64,000 nucleotides of DNA from Tubulanus polymorphus (GCF_964204645.1 NC_134034.1:2931814-2995813); one strand, 5' to 3'; positions 11,366-24,720 are shown, counted from the first letter of the stretch. The notes: generated from the sequence alone by a model not told the origin. A program made the numbers and translations.

Positions 11366-14300
11366 GAGCGAAGAACCGGTCGTGTCGAACATGGATATTA
11401 CGACGGGGCACATCGTTCTGGTAAGTGTGAACAGCGTTTGATTTTCGTTTTCGTCATTTTCGTGTGTCTACACTGCAGTGCGGTGTAGAAATCAGATTCA
11501 ATTTCATAAGGTTTAACCCTTTCAGTGTGTCTACACCGCAGTGCGGTGTATAATTCAGCAATGAACTTCGCTGAGGCACTGCAGTGCGGTGCTGTAATTA
11601 GTTATCAAATCTATTGAAAGATGGCAGCACCTGTCAAACATGGTGAAGTATTAGTAATTAATGATCCACTGCACTGCCGTGTAGTCACTCTGGCGGTATG
11701 CTTGTTATACACCGCACTGGGGTGGAATTTTTCAAATTATCTATCATTTACTGGTAAGTGCGAACAATGTTTGATTTCGTTTCGTTGTTTTTGCGCATCT
11801 ATACTGCGGTGCGGTGTAGAAATCAGATTCAATTTCATAAGATTTAACCCTTTCAAAGTCTACACCACAATGCGGTGTATGAATCAGATTCGATTTCACA
11901 TGACAACGCGAAATAGTCCGAATGTTTTAACCCTTTCAGTGCATCTATCTGCACTGCAATGTGATGTATAATTCAGCAATGGACGTCACTGTACTGCGAT
12001 GTAGTCACACTGTGGCGGTATGCTTGTTATACACCGCACTGGGGTCGAATTTTTCAAAATTTTCAAATCATCTCCATCATTTTCGGGTACTAATTTGCTG
12101 AACTCTGAAAGGGTTAATCATTTTCATTTGAAAATTGTTTGTCTGTGGTCATTTGTCAGTTTTGGAGATTGATCTTTGATATTTGGTTCCACCGTTAATT
12201 CCTGCACAACCGTGGAACTGGATACACAGAGATAAATTAAACCGACACAACCACGGAACTGGATTCTGGGATGAATTAGACCCACACGATTGTGGAACTG
12301 GATCGCGAGTTATCCACATATTCCATTGATCAACCTCTATTCATGTTGTCATATATCGTCAGTGTTTTCACGATAGAGTAGAAATTGAGTGTTGTGTAGA
12401 TTTCCTGTTGGTGTGTAAACAGCAGCGCCGAGGCCCTTTATTACGGAAAAAGTTTCTAATATCGTCGCTGGGTTTCCAGTTACATTCGAGATTGATTCAG
12501 TATTGTTGCTTCTAATTGCTACTGAGGGAAATAATACAGATGCTTCTTAAAAGCAATTTTCCACCACAAAAGCCGGTTCTCTAGGCTATGGTGCGCTATG
12601 GCATAACCTGACATAATCGTGGCAATAGAGGATTCCACTTGTGGCAAGTGAGGATCCACAAGGTGTCGCTAGTGTGCAGTAGGACATCTACTACTGCGGC
12701 AATACAGGATTCCATTTGTGGCGAGTGAGGATCCACCAGATGTCGCTAGTGTATAACATAGAGAACATCAACTACTGTGGCCGTAGAGGATTCCACTTGT
12801 GGCAAGTGAAGATCCACCAGGTGTCGCTAGTGTGTAAATAGGGAGTATAGTATAGTAGTAGCTCAACTGCTGTGGCAAATAAAATGAATGCGAACATTCT
12901 TTCAACCAAGTCTGGTAAAATTAGCTGGTTTTTTTAGAAAGTTACGCGGTATCATCGGTTTAATTGTTGGTTCAAAATCAACCATAGCCACGTGAAGAAT
13001 TGAATTGAATCTATTTACTCAAATATACGAACATTTTTTGATTACTACATATTGGTTGAAAATTTACGTATTTGAGAAGGAATTCCCTGAGCCCTAAGAG
13101 CTGTACCTGAAGGGGGGATGCCCTCTATAAAGAAAATTACAATAACTCATTCTTAATTACAATAACGAATTAACAATATTTTCATATATAAACAAGAAAC
13201 CATTTATTGGATTTTCACGTGTGTATCCACTAAGGATGGCTCGGGGAATATCTAAATCATAGTATTTGGAGCCATCCTTATCTCTAGTCGGTGGCTCTGG
13301 GCGGATTTTGATTTGTCATCGGCTCAGCCTCGTGACGGTTTCGATTTTTTCATAGAAGTCTCAATTATCTCCTACGACCGAAGTCGATTTGAAGGGATTA
13401 AATTTCGAATATTCGTCGCGTCGAAAAATTCAAATTCGCCGCAATCTTTCGCGACAGACGATGTCCGTCGCCTGGCAACCGTTCATCAGTATTCACGAGC
13501 CGGCGTAAACATGTGACCTTTACGACGAACTAGGAGATGAAAAACTAGTCGGCTTAGGCGGAAAAACGAGAAAAAAAACCTCATCTCTAAAGATTCAGAA
13601 GTCCAAAATGAGACCAACCCACCTGATTTGAAAAAAAATACTTTTTCATCTCAGTGAAAAATCGACCGGCCTTTGATTGGTTTTTCTGTTTGAAAAATGA
13701 AAAACCTGAGATATAAACGGATCACTGATAATCTCCGACCCCAACCCCCAGCCCCCGACCCCCGACTTTCCTTCTTTCTTATCACTCCGACTTCGTCGTT
13801 CAAAGAAAGAAAAATTACTCTATTGCCTTCATTTCCTTCAGTTGCTATAGCAACCGATCGGTAATTCGGAAATGATCGCATGCAGTGCGCGAAACCGTGA
13901 CGATACAACGTTCATACGCACAGAGAGGGGAAAGACGGGAGAGAGGGGGAGAGAGATTTGTCTTACGATGAAAAATGGCGTCATGGCTTTGATGCTTGAA
14001 ATCCCTTCCTCACTGTCCTACTTCAAACTAGCGACACCTGGTGGATCCTCACTTACCGCAAGTAGAATCATATACTGCTGCAGTAGATTCGGGAATCCTT
14101 CGCTCCTCGCAGCCACCCGCAGTAACTACCGGTGCCGTAGAGATATAATCGAAAAAAATGAGATTACATGTTCACGCATGGAAGCCTCATATGAATCAGC
14201 AAATGATTCGAGGCAGCATTGAATTACTTCTCTCCCATCTCGTTTAGCAGATCGGATTATATGCGTGCATGTTGTCGGCTTCGGCAATGGAATTGATACT

Positions 14301-17300
14301 GAAACTGAAATATATCAGCCACGGCAGTTTTTTGGGGATTTGACTTTTCACTTGTGGGCGGGGTTTCACTTGGCCTTGTGAAACAGGCCCAGACCCGAGT
14401 CAAATAAATTCTGTGCCCAATTCGAGAGCGCGTTCACTCGATACCATAATGCTATCAAAATGATGCTTTGGCAAGTGAGGTTTGTCACTTCCATTAACTT
14501 AGCATTTACCCCATGATTTAACCCATGCTAGAATTTGGCACCTTCTTGTCAGAGGCCAATTCGGCATCAGTGTCAACTCGCAGGCTGGGCCTAATCCGGC
14601 ACGGGCAAAGTTTGGCCGCGGTCAAAAACGCTCGGAACCACTATTTCAATGGCTGTGCCTTGAATTAAGTCTAATTGGAATTTCACAACTGTGGGACTGG
14701 TACCTGTTTTTCACGAACGTAAACCCCTTTCATTGCGTCAACACCGCAATGCGGTGTATAAATCAGCGATTGACTTTGCTTGTACACCACAGTGCAGTGT
14801 ATCGATAGTAATTATCTCTATTAAAAGATGGCAGCACCTGTCAACTATAGTGAATTATCAGTAAATAACGATACACTGCACCGCAGTGTAGACGTAGACG
14901 CACTAAACCAGTATAAAGCACTAAAGCCCGTTAGTCGACACAATGCGATGGAATTTCTAAAGATTTCCAAATTTTCTCCAGCGCTTTCGGGTATCAATCA
15001 GTCGGCGCTGAAAGGGGGTTTGAAATCGATATCGCTAACGAAAAAACAGTCGGAAAATGTAACTGAAGCTAGTGTAGTTTATTCAACGTTTCGACTATAT
15101 CCTAACAGTCATCTTCAGGAATAATGGACTATTAGGATATAGTCGAAACTCTGAATAAACTACACGAGGTTCAGTTACATTTTCGGACTTTTTTTTCGTT
15201 ATTATTGCGGGATTCTCTCTACACATCGCTTCAACACGGATATAGTGTTTTATCAATCGTTGATTTTTGTTTAATGTTTTTTTTTTCGATTCGTTCTCGT
15301 TGCAGTCGTATATGGAGGATCACTTGAAGAACAAAGATCGTCTCGAACGAGAATGGGAGGAATTGAGCAATTACATTCCAGAACCGAGCGCCACCGAGGT
15401 CGGCAACTCTCAGCAAAACGCTCGCAAAAACCGTTACAGTGATATATTGCCTTGTGAGTATCTCATGAAAAGGAAGGTGGCTGTGTCCGTAAATCCCCCT
15501 ATGACATCATCGAATATTGTTCTCCGCTATAGATCTAGAAAAGATCGGCTGCCTCCGTAAACCTGGAAATCCCAGATAACTCGTGGTATCGAAGAATTTA
15601 GAATGAACTTCGGCAAATACCTGGAAAACTCCTGCCTTCCATAAGTCCCCCTATGACATCATCAAATTTCCTACTACTGATTCGATTGACAGACGCTTTT
15701 AGAAGAGATGTCTGCTGCCATAAATCCCCCCTATGACATCACCAAATATCTACTAATGATTTTGTATAAATGCTTTTATAAAAGATGTCTGCCTTCAAAT
15801 TACCTACCGCTGATTGGATTTGATCAATAGACATTTCCAGAAAAGATGTCTGCCTCCATAAATCCCCCTACGACATCATCAAATTACCTACTAGCGATTT
15901 GATCGGCAGATGTTTCTAAAAGAGATGTCTGCCTTAAAAAAAAAAATTCCCTATGACATCATCAAATTAGCTACCATTGATTGGATCTAGATTTATTTGT
16001 AAACCCTGCGGCTATGATGAGTAATATTACCGCGTTGTTTTCCGCCCGATTTCCGCAAAGCAAATATTTCGCTCCGTGCCGACTAACAGCGGCAATATAA
16101 TGCGTCGGTATTTTATTTTTTTCGAATCTTTTGCAGACGATCACTCGAGGGTAGTTCTGAACACCACTACCAACGTACTCGGATCTGACTTCATCAATGC
16201 AAACACAATCGTAAGTTGGGAAAGATTTGCGAACGATTTTAAGCGATGTTTTTTAAGATGTTGGTGAAAGATTTCGTGAAATGATTCACTTGCCGGAAAG
16301 GTTTTTTCAGATGAGAAAATGATGAATTTTACCGGTCATATCTTCATTGAAAGGGCGCAATCTAAGTGAGAAATAAAGGGTCAAGACTGCCCGAATACCG
16401 ACCTAGATTTACCCAAGTTTAAGGGGATCATATCCTGATAAAAAGGGCCCAACCTAAGGTAGGGGCTGGGACTGGCCGTAAAACCACCCTAACCCAGTTT
16501 TAGGGGATTATATCTTGATAAAAAGGGCCCAACCTCAGTAAGAAGGAAGGGGTTGGGACTGGTGGTAGGATCACCCTAGCCCAGTTTTAGGGGATCATAT
16601 CTTCATTAAAAGGGCTCAACCTCAATCCGATGCTAGGAAGGGGTTCATATGGACCAAAAGACTCCTTCGATCTAATCCAGTTTTAGGAATGCGACGCCAA
16701 TGGGACGGCGGTAGTCCAGATCCCCGAGAGACACCTCTAGATCTAACCTCGAGTTTGCGATAACGTTTTCTCGAATGCTTCGAATCATTTCAGACTGATC
16801 ACGACCCGCGTAATCCCGCGTACATCGCCACGCAAGGACCGCTGCCGCACACCGTCGCTGATTTCTGGCAGATGATCTGGGAACAGGGCAGCGTGGTGAT
16901 AGTGATGCTTACGAAGCTGACCGAGACCGGGGTCGCGATGTGTCACCGTTACTGGCCGGAAGAGGGCAGCGATTTGTATCACATATATGAGGTCAGTATA
17001 GGTCGACGATCTTCGCGGGGCGGCGCTGCTGAGCTGGAAAGTCTAGGAAAACTCGAGGAATCTGAAACATCTAGACAAAAATCAGCGAAAAACTCGTAGC
17101 CAAATTTTACCAAAAACCTGTAAAACTCGGATGACGCTATCGACCACTTGTTTCTTTATTTGTTAGAAAAATGAATGAATTGAAACATTGTGTTATCATA
17201 CTCAAAAAAGTGGCCACCCTGCGTTCAGATTCGTTCCCCTGCGCGGTTCCTGACGGAAAAAGATTCCCAAGTAGTTCATCCTACTGACGCAATCGCTACT

Positions 17301-20300
17301 ATGAAGTCAGTGCTCCGATGTATCCGCCTGGCAGGGATTTGATGGAAGACCGACTATATGCTAAGCCTTGCATTTTACTTGCACAAACCTAGCACACGGA
17401 TTTCTCATTCTAGTTTTTCGCTCTTCAATTCACAGGTTCATCTCGTGTCTGAGCACATCTGGTGCGACGACTACCTGGTGCGTAGTTTTTACTTGAAGAA
17501 CCTGCAGACGAATGAAACGCGTACAGTGACGCAATTCCACTTCTTAACCTGGTCCGATCTCGGTATACCGTCGTCTGCTAAAGCTCTACTCGACTTCAGA
17601 AGGTAAATAGATTGATACTTACCGCCGCCACTGCCACCTCAACCATGTTTGCTGCTGACTACAAGTTATCTACCATCATTGCCATACATGTTATCTCATA
17701 GTTCCGGTTCTGCCAGCCATTAAGAGATATCTCATAGTTCCGGTTCTGCCTTCATTGCTACTTTGAGATATCTCATAGTTCCAGTTCAGCCATCATTGCC
17801 ACTATGAGATATCTCGTAGTTACAATTTAGCCATCATTGCCACTATGAGATATCTCGTAGTTACAATTCAGCCATCATTGCCACTATGAGATATCTCGTA
17901 GTTACAATTCAGCCATCAATGCCACTATGAGATATCTCGTAGTTACAATTTAGCCATCATTGCCACTGGGATATTTCACAGTTCCAATTCCACCACCATT
18001 GCAACTACCAGTTATCTCATAGTTCCAGTTCAGCCATCATTATCACTACAATATATCTCACAGTTCCAGTTCAGCCATCATAACCATTATGAGATATCTC
18101 ATAGTTCCAGTTCAGCCATCATTGTCATTACGAGATATCTCACAGTTCCAGTTCTGCCATCATTGCCACTACGAGATATCTCAAAGTTCCAATCTGGCCA
18201 TTATAAGCACTATGAGTTATCTTGTAGTTCCAGTACCGCCATCATTCTTAAACAATCGCTCTATTGCCAACTAAGAGATAACATGTAGTGGCAACTTGGA
18301 AGAAAGGCAGTGAACATGTTGAACTTGAACCGAACAAACTTCTCACAAAAACGAACGCTTCACGGTTGCAAGAATCACTATTAAACACTCACGCACGAGA
18401 AAAGGCTTCAATTCAGCTTCTTTCGTGGACGATGAAAATATTGGCATAAAAAAAACGCTGTCTCGTAGAAAGAAGATTAAAAAACTAACGATTGTGTTGC
18501 TGATGGCGTAATGTAGGGTTTAGCACGCATGCATGCAAGCGGCCTGCTATTGTAGCATCTCTCCAGCTATGGTAGTAGTGCACGTGAGTGTCTCTTAGGT
18601 ATGGTACCGCCTGCCTGCTACAGTAGCACGTGTCAGCTACAGTAGCATCCATCCACTATTGTAGTCTCCTCTACAATAGTGTCCACACACTACAATAACA
18701 CAGAGTTGTGTACTACTGTAGTGTACATCCACTACACAAGCTGATGGGTGCTATAGTAGCATGCAACCACTACGGTAGTATACATCAGATGTAGATGATC
18801 TACCACAGTAGTGTAAACCTACGGTGGTAGTGCACTTCCGCTACAGTAGTGTACATCTACTGTAGTAGTGTACTTCCACAACAGTAGTATACATCTACTG
18901 TAGTAGTGTACTTCCACTCCAGTTCTGTACATCTACCACAGTAGTGTACTTCCACTACAGTAGTGTACTTCCACTACAGTTCTGTACATCTACCACAGTA
19001 GTGTACTTCCACTACAGTAGCGCAGGCATGTCTGCTACAGAAGTGTCACCTACAGTAGTGGATGAACACTACTCTAGTCAATGTACACCTACTACAGTAG
19101 TGTACATCCACTTCAGTAGTGTGCATCTACTATAGTAACTTGTACATCTACCACAGTAATGTATAGTAGCGTATATCCACTACAGTAGCGCAGACGTGTC
19201 TGCTACTGTAGCCCAGACGTGTCTGCTACTGTAGCCCAGACGTGTCTGCTACTGTAGCGCAGACGTGTCTGCTACTGTAGCGCAGACGTGTCTGCTACTG
19301 TAGCTCAGATGTGTCTGCTACTGTAGCTCAGACGTGTCTGCTACAGTAGCCCAGACGTGTCTGCTACTGTAGCGCAGACGTTTCTGCTACTGTAGCTCAG
19401 ATGTGTCTGCTACTGTAGCATAGACGTGTCTGCTACTGTAGCGTCTAGGCAGACGGATTTGCATGTTATTCACTGCGAGATTTTTAACGGGTGTGTGGTG
19501 TACGCATGTTTGAACGACGCAACGCGATGGTGGCGCCACCTTCACCGGAACAAGCTTAGCTTTGACGATGCTAACTCGAATGCCGCAATCGTACAACGGT
19601 GGATATGTTAACACTTCGCGCACATGGCTGTCGCTTACGGATTTCAGAAAAAGTCGCTCGTACTTCGAGAAACCTCGTCGCTTTTCACTGAAACGAAAGA
19701 AAAATATCTCTTCCGCTTTTTTTTTCTCTCTCACCGCTAATAACTTCATCGCTCGCGTCGCGACAGCTTTTGTGGTTTAGCAATTGTGAAAACGAGCAAA
19801 TTGCATAGTCACAAAAGTGATCGCGATGCGAGGCCTTGCCGCCTGCTGCTAACAATATATCTAACCGCTGAATAAATATGTATACTTATGAATATCTGTT
19901 CATCTGGGCACGAAGAGGAGAAGGTTTCAAGCGCTAACTTATGTTTATTCAAAAACTCACTTTTCTAACTGTGCGGGGTTTGTTTGCAAGCTCTTCGTAC
20001 CGGTTCGTGTTCGCTCTCTCAGAGAGAGAGAGAGGGAGAGAGAGAGAGAGAGAGAGGGAGAGAGGGAGAGGATTCTGTCTCCGCCGAGAAAACGAATATC
20101 GTTCGCGCCGAATAATGGAGATTTATGTGTGGTTGCCTTGGTAACTGGTCGGGTTGCAGGGGGTTCGGTGGGATTATTCTTTTGATCTCATCATTCTTCA
20201 GTGAAGTTCGTACAAAAATCTATTTCGATGTATGGAAAAGTAACGATTAGTGAAGTCATAAGGGGAATTCATGGGATGATAGCATGTGCATATTAGTGAT

Positions 20301-21564
20301 GTCATAGGGGGAATTAATGGGAAATACCTTGTATAGTTTGTTGTTGTCATAGGGGGAATTCGTGGGATGATAGCATGTATAGATCAGTGATGTCATAGGT
20401 GGAATTTATGGGATTACTGCATGTATAGATCAGTGATGTCATAGGTGGAATTTGTGGGATGATAGCATGTATAGATCAGTGAGGTCATAGGTGGAATTTA
20501 TGGGATGATGGCATGCACGAATTAATGATGTCATAGGAGGAATTACTGGGACAGTACTTTGTATAGTTTGGTCATAGGGGGAATTTATCGGATGATAGCT
20601 CGTATAGATTTGTGATGTCATAGGGGGAATTCATGCTGAAGCTGTCGTAATTCTGATATTTTGTGATTTTGTGGCATCGAAAATTGATCTTAAAGGATAA
20701 TGTTCATTGTTATGTTAATTGATTGTGATAATCGTCGTGATGTTAATTACGATTGTTATTGATGATTTCAGGAAGGTGAATAAGTCGTATCGGGGCCGAT
20801 CGTGCCCAATAGTGGTTCACTGCAGCGATGGGTCCGGACGATCGGGCACTTATTGTCTCATCGACATGGTCCTTAACAGGATGAGTAAAGGTAAGAAAGT
20901 GACGAGGCGTTTAAGCGCAAAGCGAGGATCTAGGGTGTGCAAGTGCTTAGTAGGACATCACCTGCTGTGGCAATAGAGGATTCCACTTGTGGCAAGTGAG
21001 GATCCACTATATGTCGCTAGTGTGCAGTAGGACATGACCTAACGTGGTGATAAAGGATTCCACTTTTGGCAAGTAAGGATCCACCAGGTGTCGCTAGTGT
21101 GTAGTAGGACATCAGCTACTTCAGCAATAGAGGATTCCACTTGTGGCAAGTGAGGATCCACCAGGTGTCGCTAGTGTGCATTAGGACATCAACTACTTCA
21201 GCAATAGAGGATCCCACTTGTAGCAAGTGAGGATCAACCAGGTGTCGCTAGTGTACTGTAGGACCAACTACTGCGGCAATAGAGGATTCCACTTGTGGCA
21301 AGTGAGGATCCACCAGGTGTCCCTAGTGTGCACCCATGGCCACTAAATCGAGAAATCTTTCGAAAAACTAAACAAATAACTTTTTTGAACGAAACTTTTC
21401 TCTCGTCATTTTTTTCAGGAGCTAAAGAGATCGACATCTCGGCGACCTTGGAACACATTCGCGACCAGCGTATGACGATGGTCAAAACGAAAGAACAATT
21501 CGAATTCGCGCTGGCGTCCGTCGCTGAAGAAGTGCACGCGATTCTCAAAGCGTTGCCGCAGTAA
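11366..21564 (+). CDS. PTPRN2: Receptor-type tyrosine-protein phosphatase N/N2-like (IA-2/phogrin family), cytoplasmic 3' exons; ectodomain/TM exons not found in the window (presumably upstream)
   Basis: GT-AG exons 11366-11420, 15306-15453, 16137-16210, 16794-16991, 17436-17602, 20772-20890, 21419-21564 join in frame: (W)[93 protein letters not shown]. The HCSDG P-loop and AILKALPQ C-terminus are IA-2 family hallmarks. An invertebrate gene is expected to be co-orthologous to PTPRN and PTPRN2. Confidence 0.95.
11517..12113. mobile_element. Rearranged/composite copy of the same TTAA MITE
   Basis: TTAACCCTTTCA left ends at ~11513, ~11844 and ~11927, and one right end CTGAAAGGGTTAA at 12105-12117. 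Internal AAAGATGGCAGCACCTGTCAAACAT is shared with the 8176 copy. Confidence 0.75.
14723..15018. mobile_element. Degenerate copy of the TTAA MITE
   Basis: CCCCTTTCATTG..AAAGATGGCAGCACCTGTCAACTATAGTGAA..CGCTGAAAGGGGG, colinear with 8176-8457. Confidence 0.75.
15036..15201. mobile_element. Palindromic (inverted) fragment of the same hammerhead-bearing, Penelope-like repeat
   Basis: About 75-bp imperfect arms (TAACGAAAAAA..CCTAACAGTC / GACTATTAGG..TTTTTTCGTTA) around a 16-nt spacer. An intact hammerhead lies on the minus strand at ~15079-15124. Confidence 0.7.
17670..18250. repeat. 41-bp minisatellite with internal palindrome
   Basis: Unit CATCATTGCCACTATGAGATATCTCRTAGTTMCARTTCAGC, containing ACTATGAGATATCTCATAGT. 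Confidence 0.88.
18700..19445. repeat. CTACAGTAG-rich degenerate repeats grading into a 23-bp minisatellite (19185-19445)
   Basis: GTAGC.CAGACGTGTCTGCTACT about 11 times. Confidence 0.85.
20250..20635. repeat. ~60-bp degenerate tandem repeat (GATGTCATAGG.GGAATT family)
   Basis: Shares the GATGTCATAGGGGGA core with 24036-24720, 15495-15985 (inverted) and 52380-52920. Confidence 0.75.
20935..21331. repeat. 76-bp minisatellite family array filling the last IA-2 intron
   Basis: About 5 units of GAGGATTCCACTTGTGGCAAGTGAGGATCCACCAGGTGTCGCTAGTGTG. Confidence 0.9.
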
Positions 21565-23156
21565 CACACGACTGCACCGCACGTGCACGCGCTGCGCGAT
21601 GACAACCGCTTCCACCGTCGTCGAGGTAACGGATCGTCCGTCTGCCCGGGCCGATTTAAATTCTCGCGTCTGTCGTCGGTAAAATTACACACGAAGATGA
21701 ACAAAAAAAAAACGTTATTCGAAATTAAAACGAAAAAAAAACACACAAAAAAAACAAGAATGTTGTGCGTGCGTGTCGAAAAATAAATAGATAACTTATA
21801 TATGTTTCTGGAAGAAAAGAAGTGCGTTTGCCGGGGTCGATGGAAAACATAATTCGCGTTCGCACTTGGTTTTTTAGAATGTTCTAAATTTAGTCCGTTC
21901 CAATTTAGAGCATTAGGGAAAATTCAGTTCCTACTTGGATCAACCAGTAAAAGACCAATAGAGGTCCGTTCTAAATTCAGGGGTAGATCTAGGGTCTTAT
22001 TCGGAGAAGGGTGCACCCCAAAATAGGGCATATCATATAACTAAAAGAAAGCTCATCGGAAAATATTGACTCTTGGAAATACAGAGAACAAGCTATGAAT
22101 TTAAACGTTTTAGGTAACAGTTTGATATTCTTTCCTTTTTCCCCCGTGAAATTTCAGGGTAACTTAACATTTTTAAGCGGGGGTATGTGCCCCCTGCACC
22201 CGGACCATTTTTCTACGTGTGAATAGAAACTTTACTTCGATCGCCTGTCACATCCGCGGTTTCGTATCTAGCCGGACCGTTAATTGAAACTGTTCCGTTC
22301 ACCCGGCGCGGCCGAATTGGAACGGACTAACTAACCAGTAGTGTTAACGCGGCTATATTCTCGGTAAAACGAACAAGACCACTGGCAATAATTTGGCGAG
22401 AAGGATAATGATCTGCCCATTTATTTATAGACTAGGCTCCATCGGGGTTTGGATAGAAATTATTTTAAAAAAAGGTGTCAGCGACTACGAAGACTCGGAT
22501 ATAGTAACTCCCGATTAAATTGTTCCTCGTTAATAACAATCCATGTCAGCGATAATTAATTATTGATTCGTAATTAACTAATTACTATATAAATCGATTG
22601 AATCGTTCTATGTATTGTACTTCGAGTTCGTCCGATTCAACAGTCACCGGGCGAGGACGCTCGATCCAGGCCGGGCCCAGGCGACGGGGAAAAGTTTTTA
22701 AAAAAAGGGAAAATAAAAATCTACAAAAATTCAAATCGTTTCATTTTCGGAGATTTTGAGCGATGAATTTTCTTTGAAACTCAGCATCTTTCGGATACAG
22801 TAGAGTGCAATATAAAAATGCGTCTGCACGCGTTACGAATAAAAAGAGTCCGACGTGTCTCCTTGAACTCGTACGCATTCAGCGTTTCGACTTTTTTCAC
22901 GCATCCAGTATTGCTGAAGATGTGACTATTGGGATAAAGAGTCGAAACGTCGAAATAGATAGATATGAGCTGAAGGAAACATTTCGGACTCTTTCTATCC
23001 TCCTTTGTTCGAGTTCCATAATCCTTTTAATGGATCAATCCTCCCCATCGCCAGGCACTGCCACCTGCCCTTTTTCCACCAACTTGAAAAATCTGGCAAA
23101 ATTGCGTTATGTTATTAGTTAGTACCTTATTATTATTGTATGTGAAATTATATATA

Positions 23157-23200
<44 letters not shown>

Positions 23201-24035
23201 CCCTATGAATCATGAAAGATAATGAATATATTTTTGTTGAAAGTTGAGCGGGGAAATCGAAATGATTGTTATCCGACTCATTATTATGATATAAGATGAT
23301 ATATAAGATTTTCTGTGATTTGCGTGTGGAACAATTATTGCGGTGTGATACTTCGAAAGCTGTAGAATTTGGCCGATCAGGATCTATTTATCGGCCGCGT
23401 TGCTGGGTCTTTCGGTAGATATCAGGCTCCGCAGTGCAGAACTTGCACCCCCTTCAGGCATTCAGTTTTTGAAAGTGCGCTGATGAAATGTCTAATGTCC
23501 GGTGTTTGTAATTCATTTTCGATTAGAAATGTCTTTAAAAATGTCTTGGGTGAAGTGCTAAACACAAGCCGGTATGTGAAGATCGGGAATTGCCGATCAA
23601 AGATTAAAGGACAAAGTATGAAATGTCTGATCGGCGTGCAGGGTTCAGGCTGCAGGCTTGTGATACCTTAAGCGTTTATGGTCCTGAAATAACGATGAAC
23701 TCTGCGTTGATAAAAAAAACTTTGCCAAAACTTTTCAGAATCTCGAAAGACTATAAAATTACATTCCATATTGTTTAAGTTCGAATCTGATAAAGGGTAT
23801 TTATGGGGGTTGACCTGCCCCCTGATTGCATTTAGGTTAAAGTACTTAATCGATGATCTGTAAGGTACAATGAGAAACTGGGTGCAGAGTTGAACTAAAC
23901 CCTCAACGGTTTGAAAGCTTGTTCCCATTGTACAATCCTTGAAAAGCATTTAAGCATGGTAGACCCTACAAAATCGAAGACCCTAATTGAAAATATGACA
24001 GTCAATAATGCACCTTCAAATTCCTGTTTAAGCAA

Positions 24036-24720
24036 TTGATTATGTCTTAGGGGGATTTTTGGAGGGAGACATCTTTTCCGGAAGCGTCTATGGATCAAGT
24101 CACTAGTAGGTGAATTGATTATGTCATAGGGGGATTTTTGGAGGGAGACATCTTTTCCGGAAGCGTCTATGGATCAAGTCACTAGTAGGTGATTTGATTA
24201 TGTCATAGGGGGATTTTTGGAGGGAGACATCTTTTCCGGAAGCGTCTATGGATCAAGTCACTAGTAGGTGATTTGATTATGTCATAGGGGGATTTTTGGA
24301 GGGAGACATCTTTTCCGGAAACGTCTATGGATCAAGTCACTAGTAGGTGAATTGATTATGTCATAGGGGGATTTTTGGAGGGAGATATCTTTTCCGGAAG
24401 CGTCTATGGATCAAGTCACTAGTAGGTGATTTGATTATGTCATAGGGGGATTTTTGGAGGGAGACATCTTTTCCGGAAGCGTCTATGGATCAAGTCACTA
24501 GTAGGTGATTTGATTATGTCATAGGGGGATTTTTGGAGGGAGACATCTTTTCCAGAAGCGTCTATGGATCAAGTCACTAGTAGGTACGGTAACTTGATTT
24601 TGTCATAGGGTGATTTATGAGTGCGGACATCTTTTCCGGAAGTGTCTATAGATCAGGTCACTAGTAGGTTATTTGATGATGTCATAGGGTGATGACTTAG
24701 TCATATTTTCAGGAAGGGTC
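24036..24720. repeat. 79-bp tandem minisatellite (~8 units, nearly identical)
   Basis: TTGATTATGTCATAGGGGGATTTTTGGAGGGAGACATCTTTTCCGGAAGCGTCTATGGATCAAGTCACTAGTAGGTGA. Confidence 0.92.

Noticed and set aside
10769-11411. Minus-strand ORFs of 170 and 112 aa
   Set aside because: Antisense shadows of the GC-rich plus-strand exon, which has the splice-phase and motif support.
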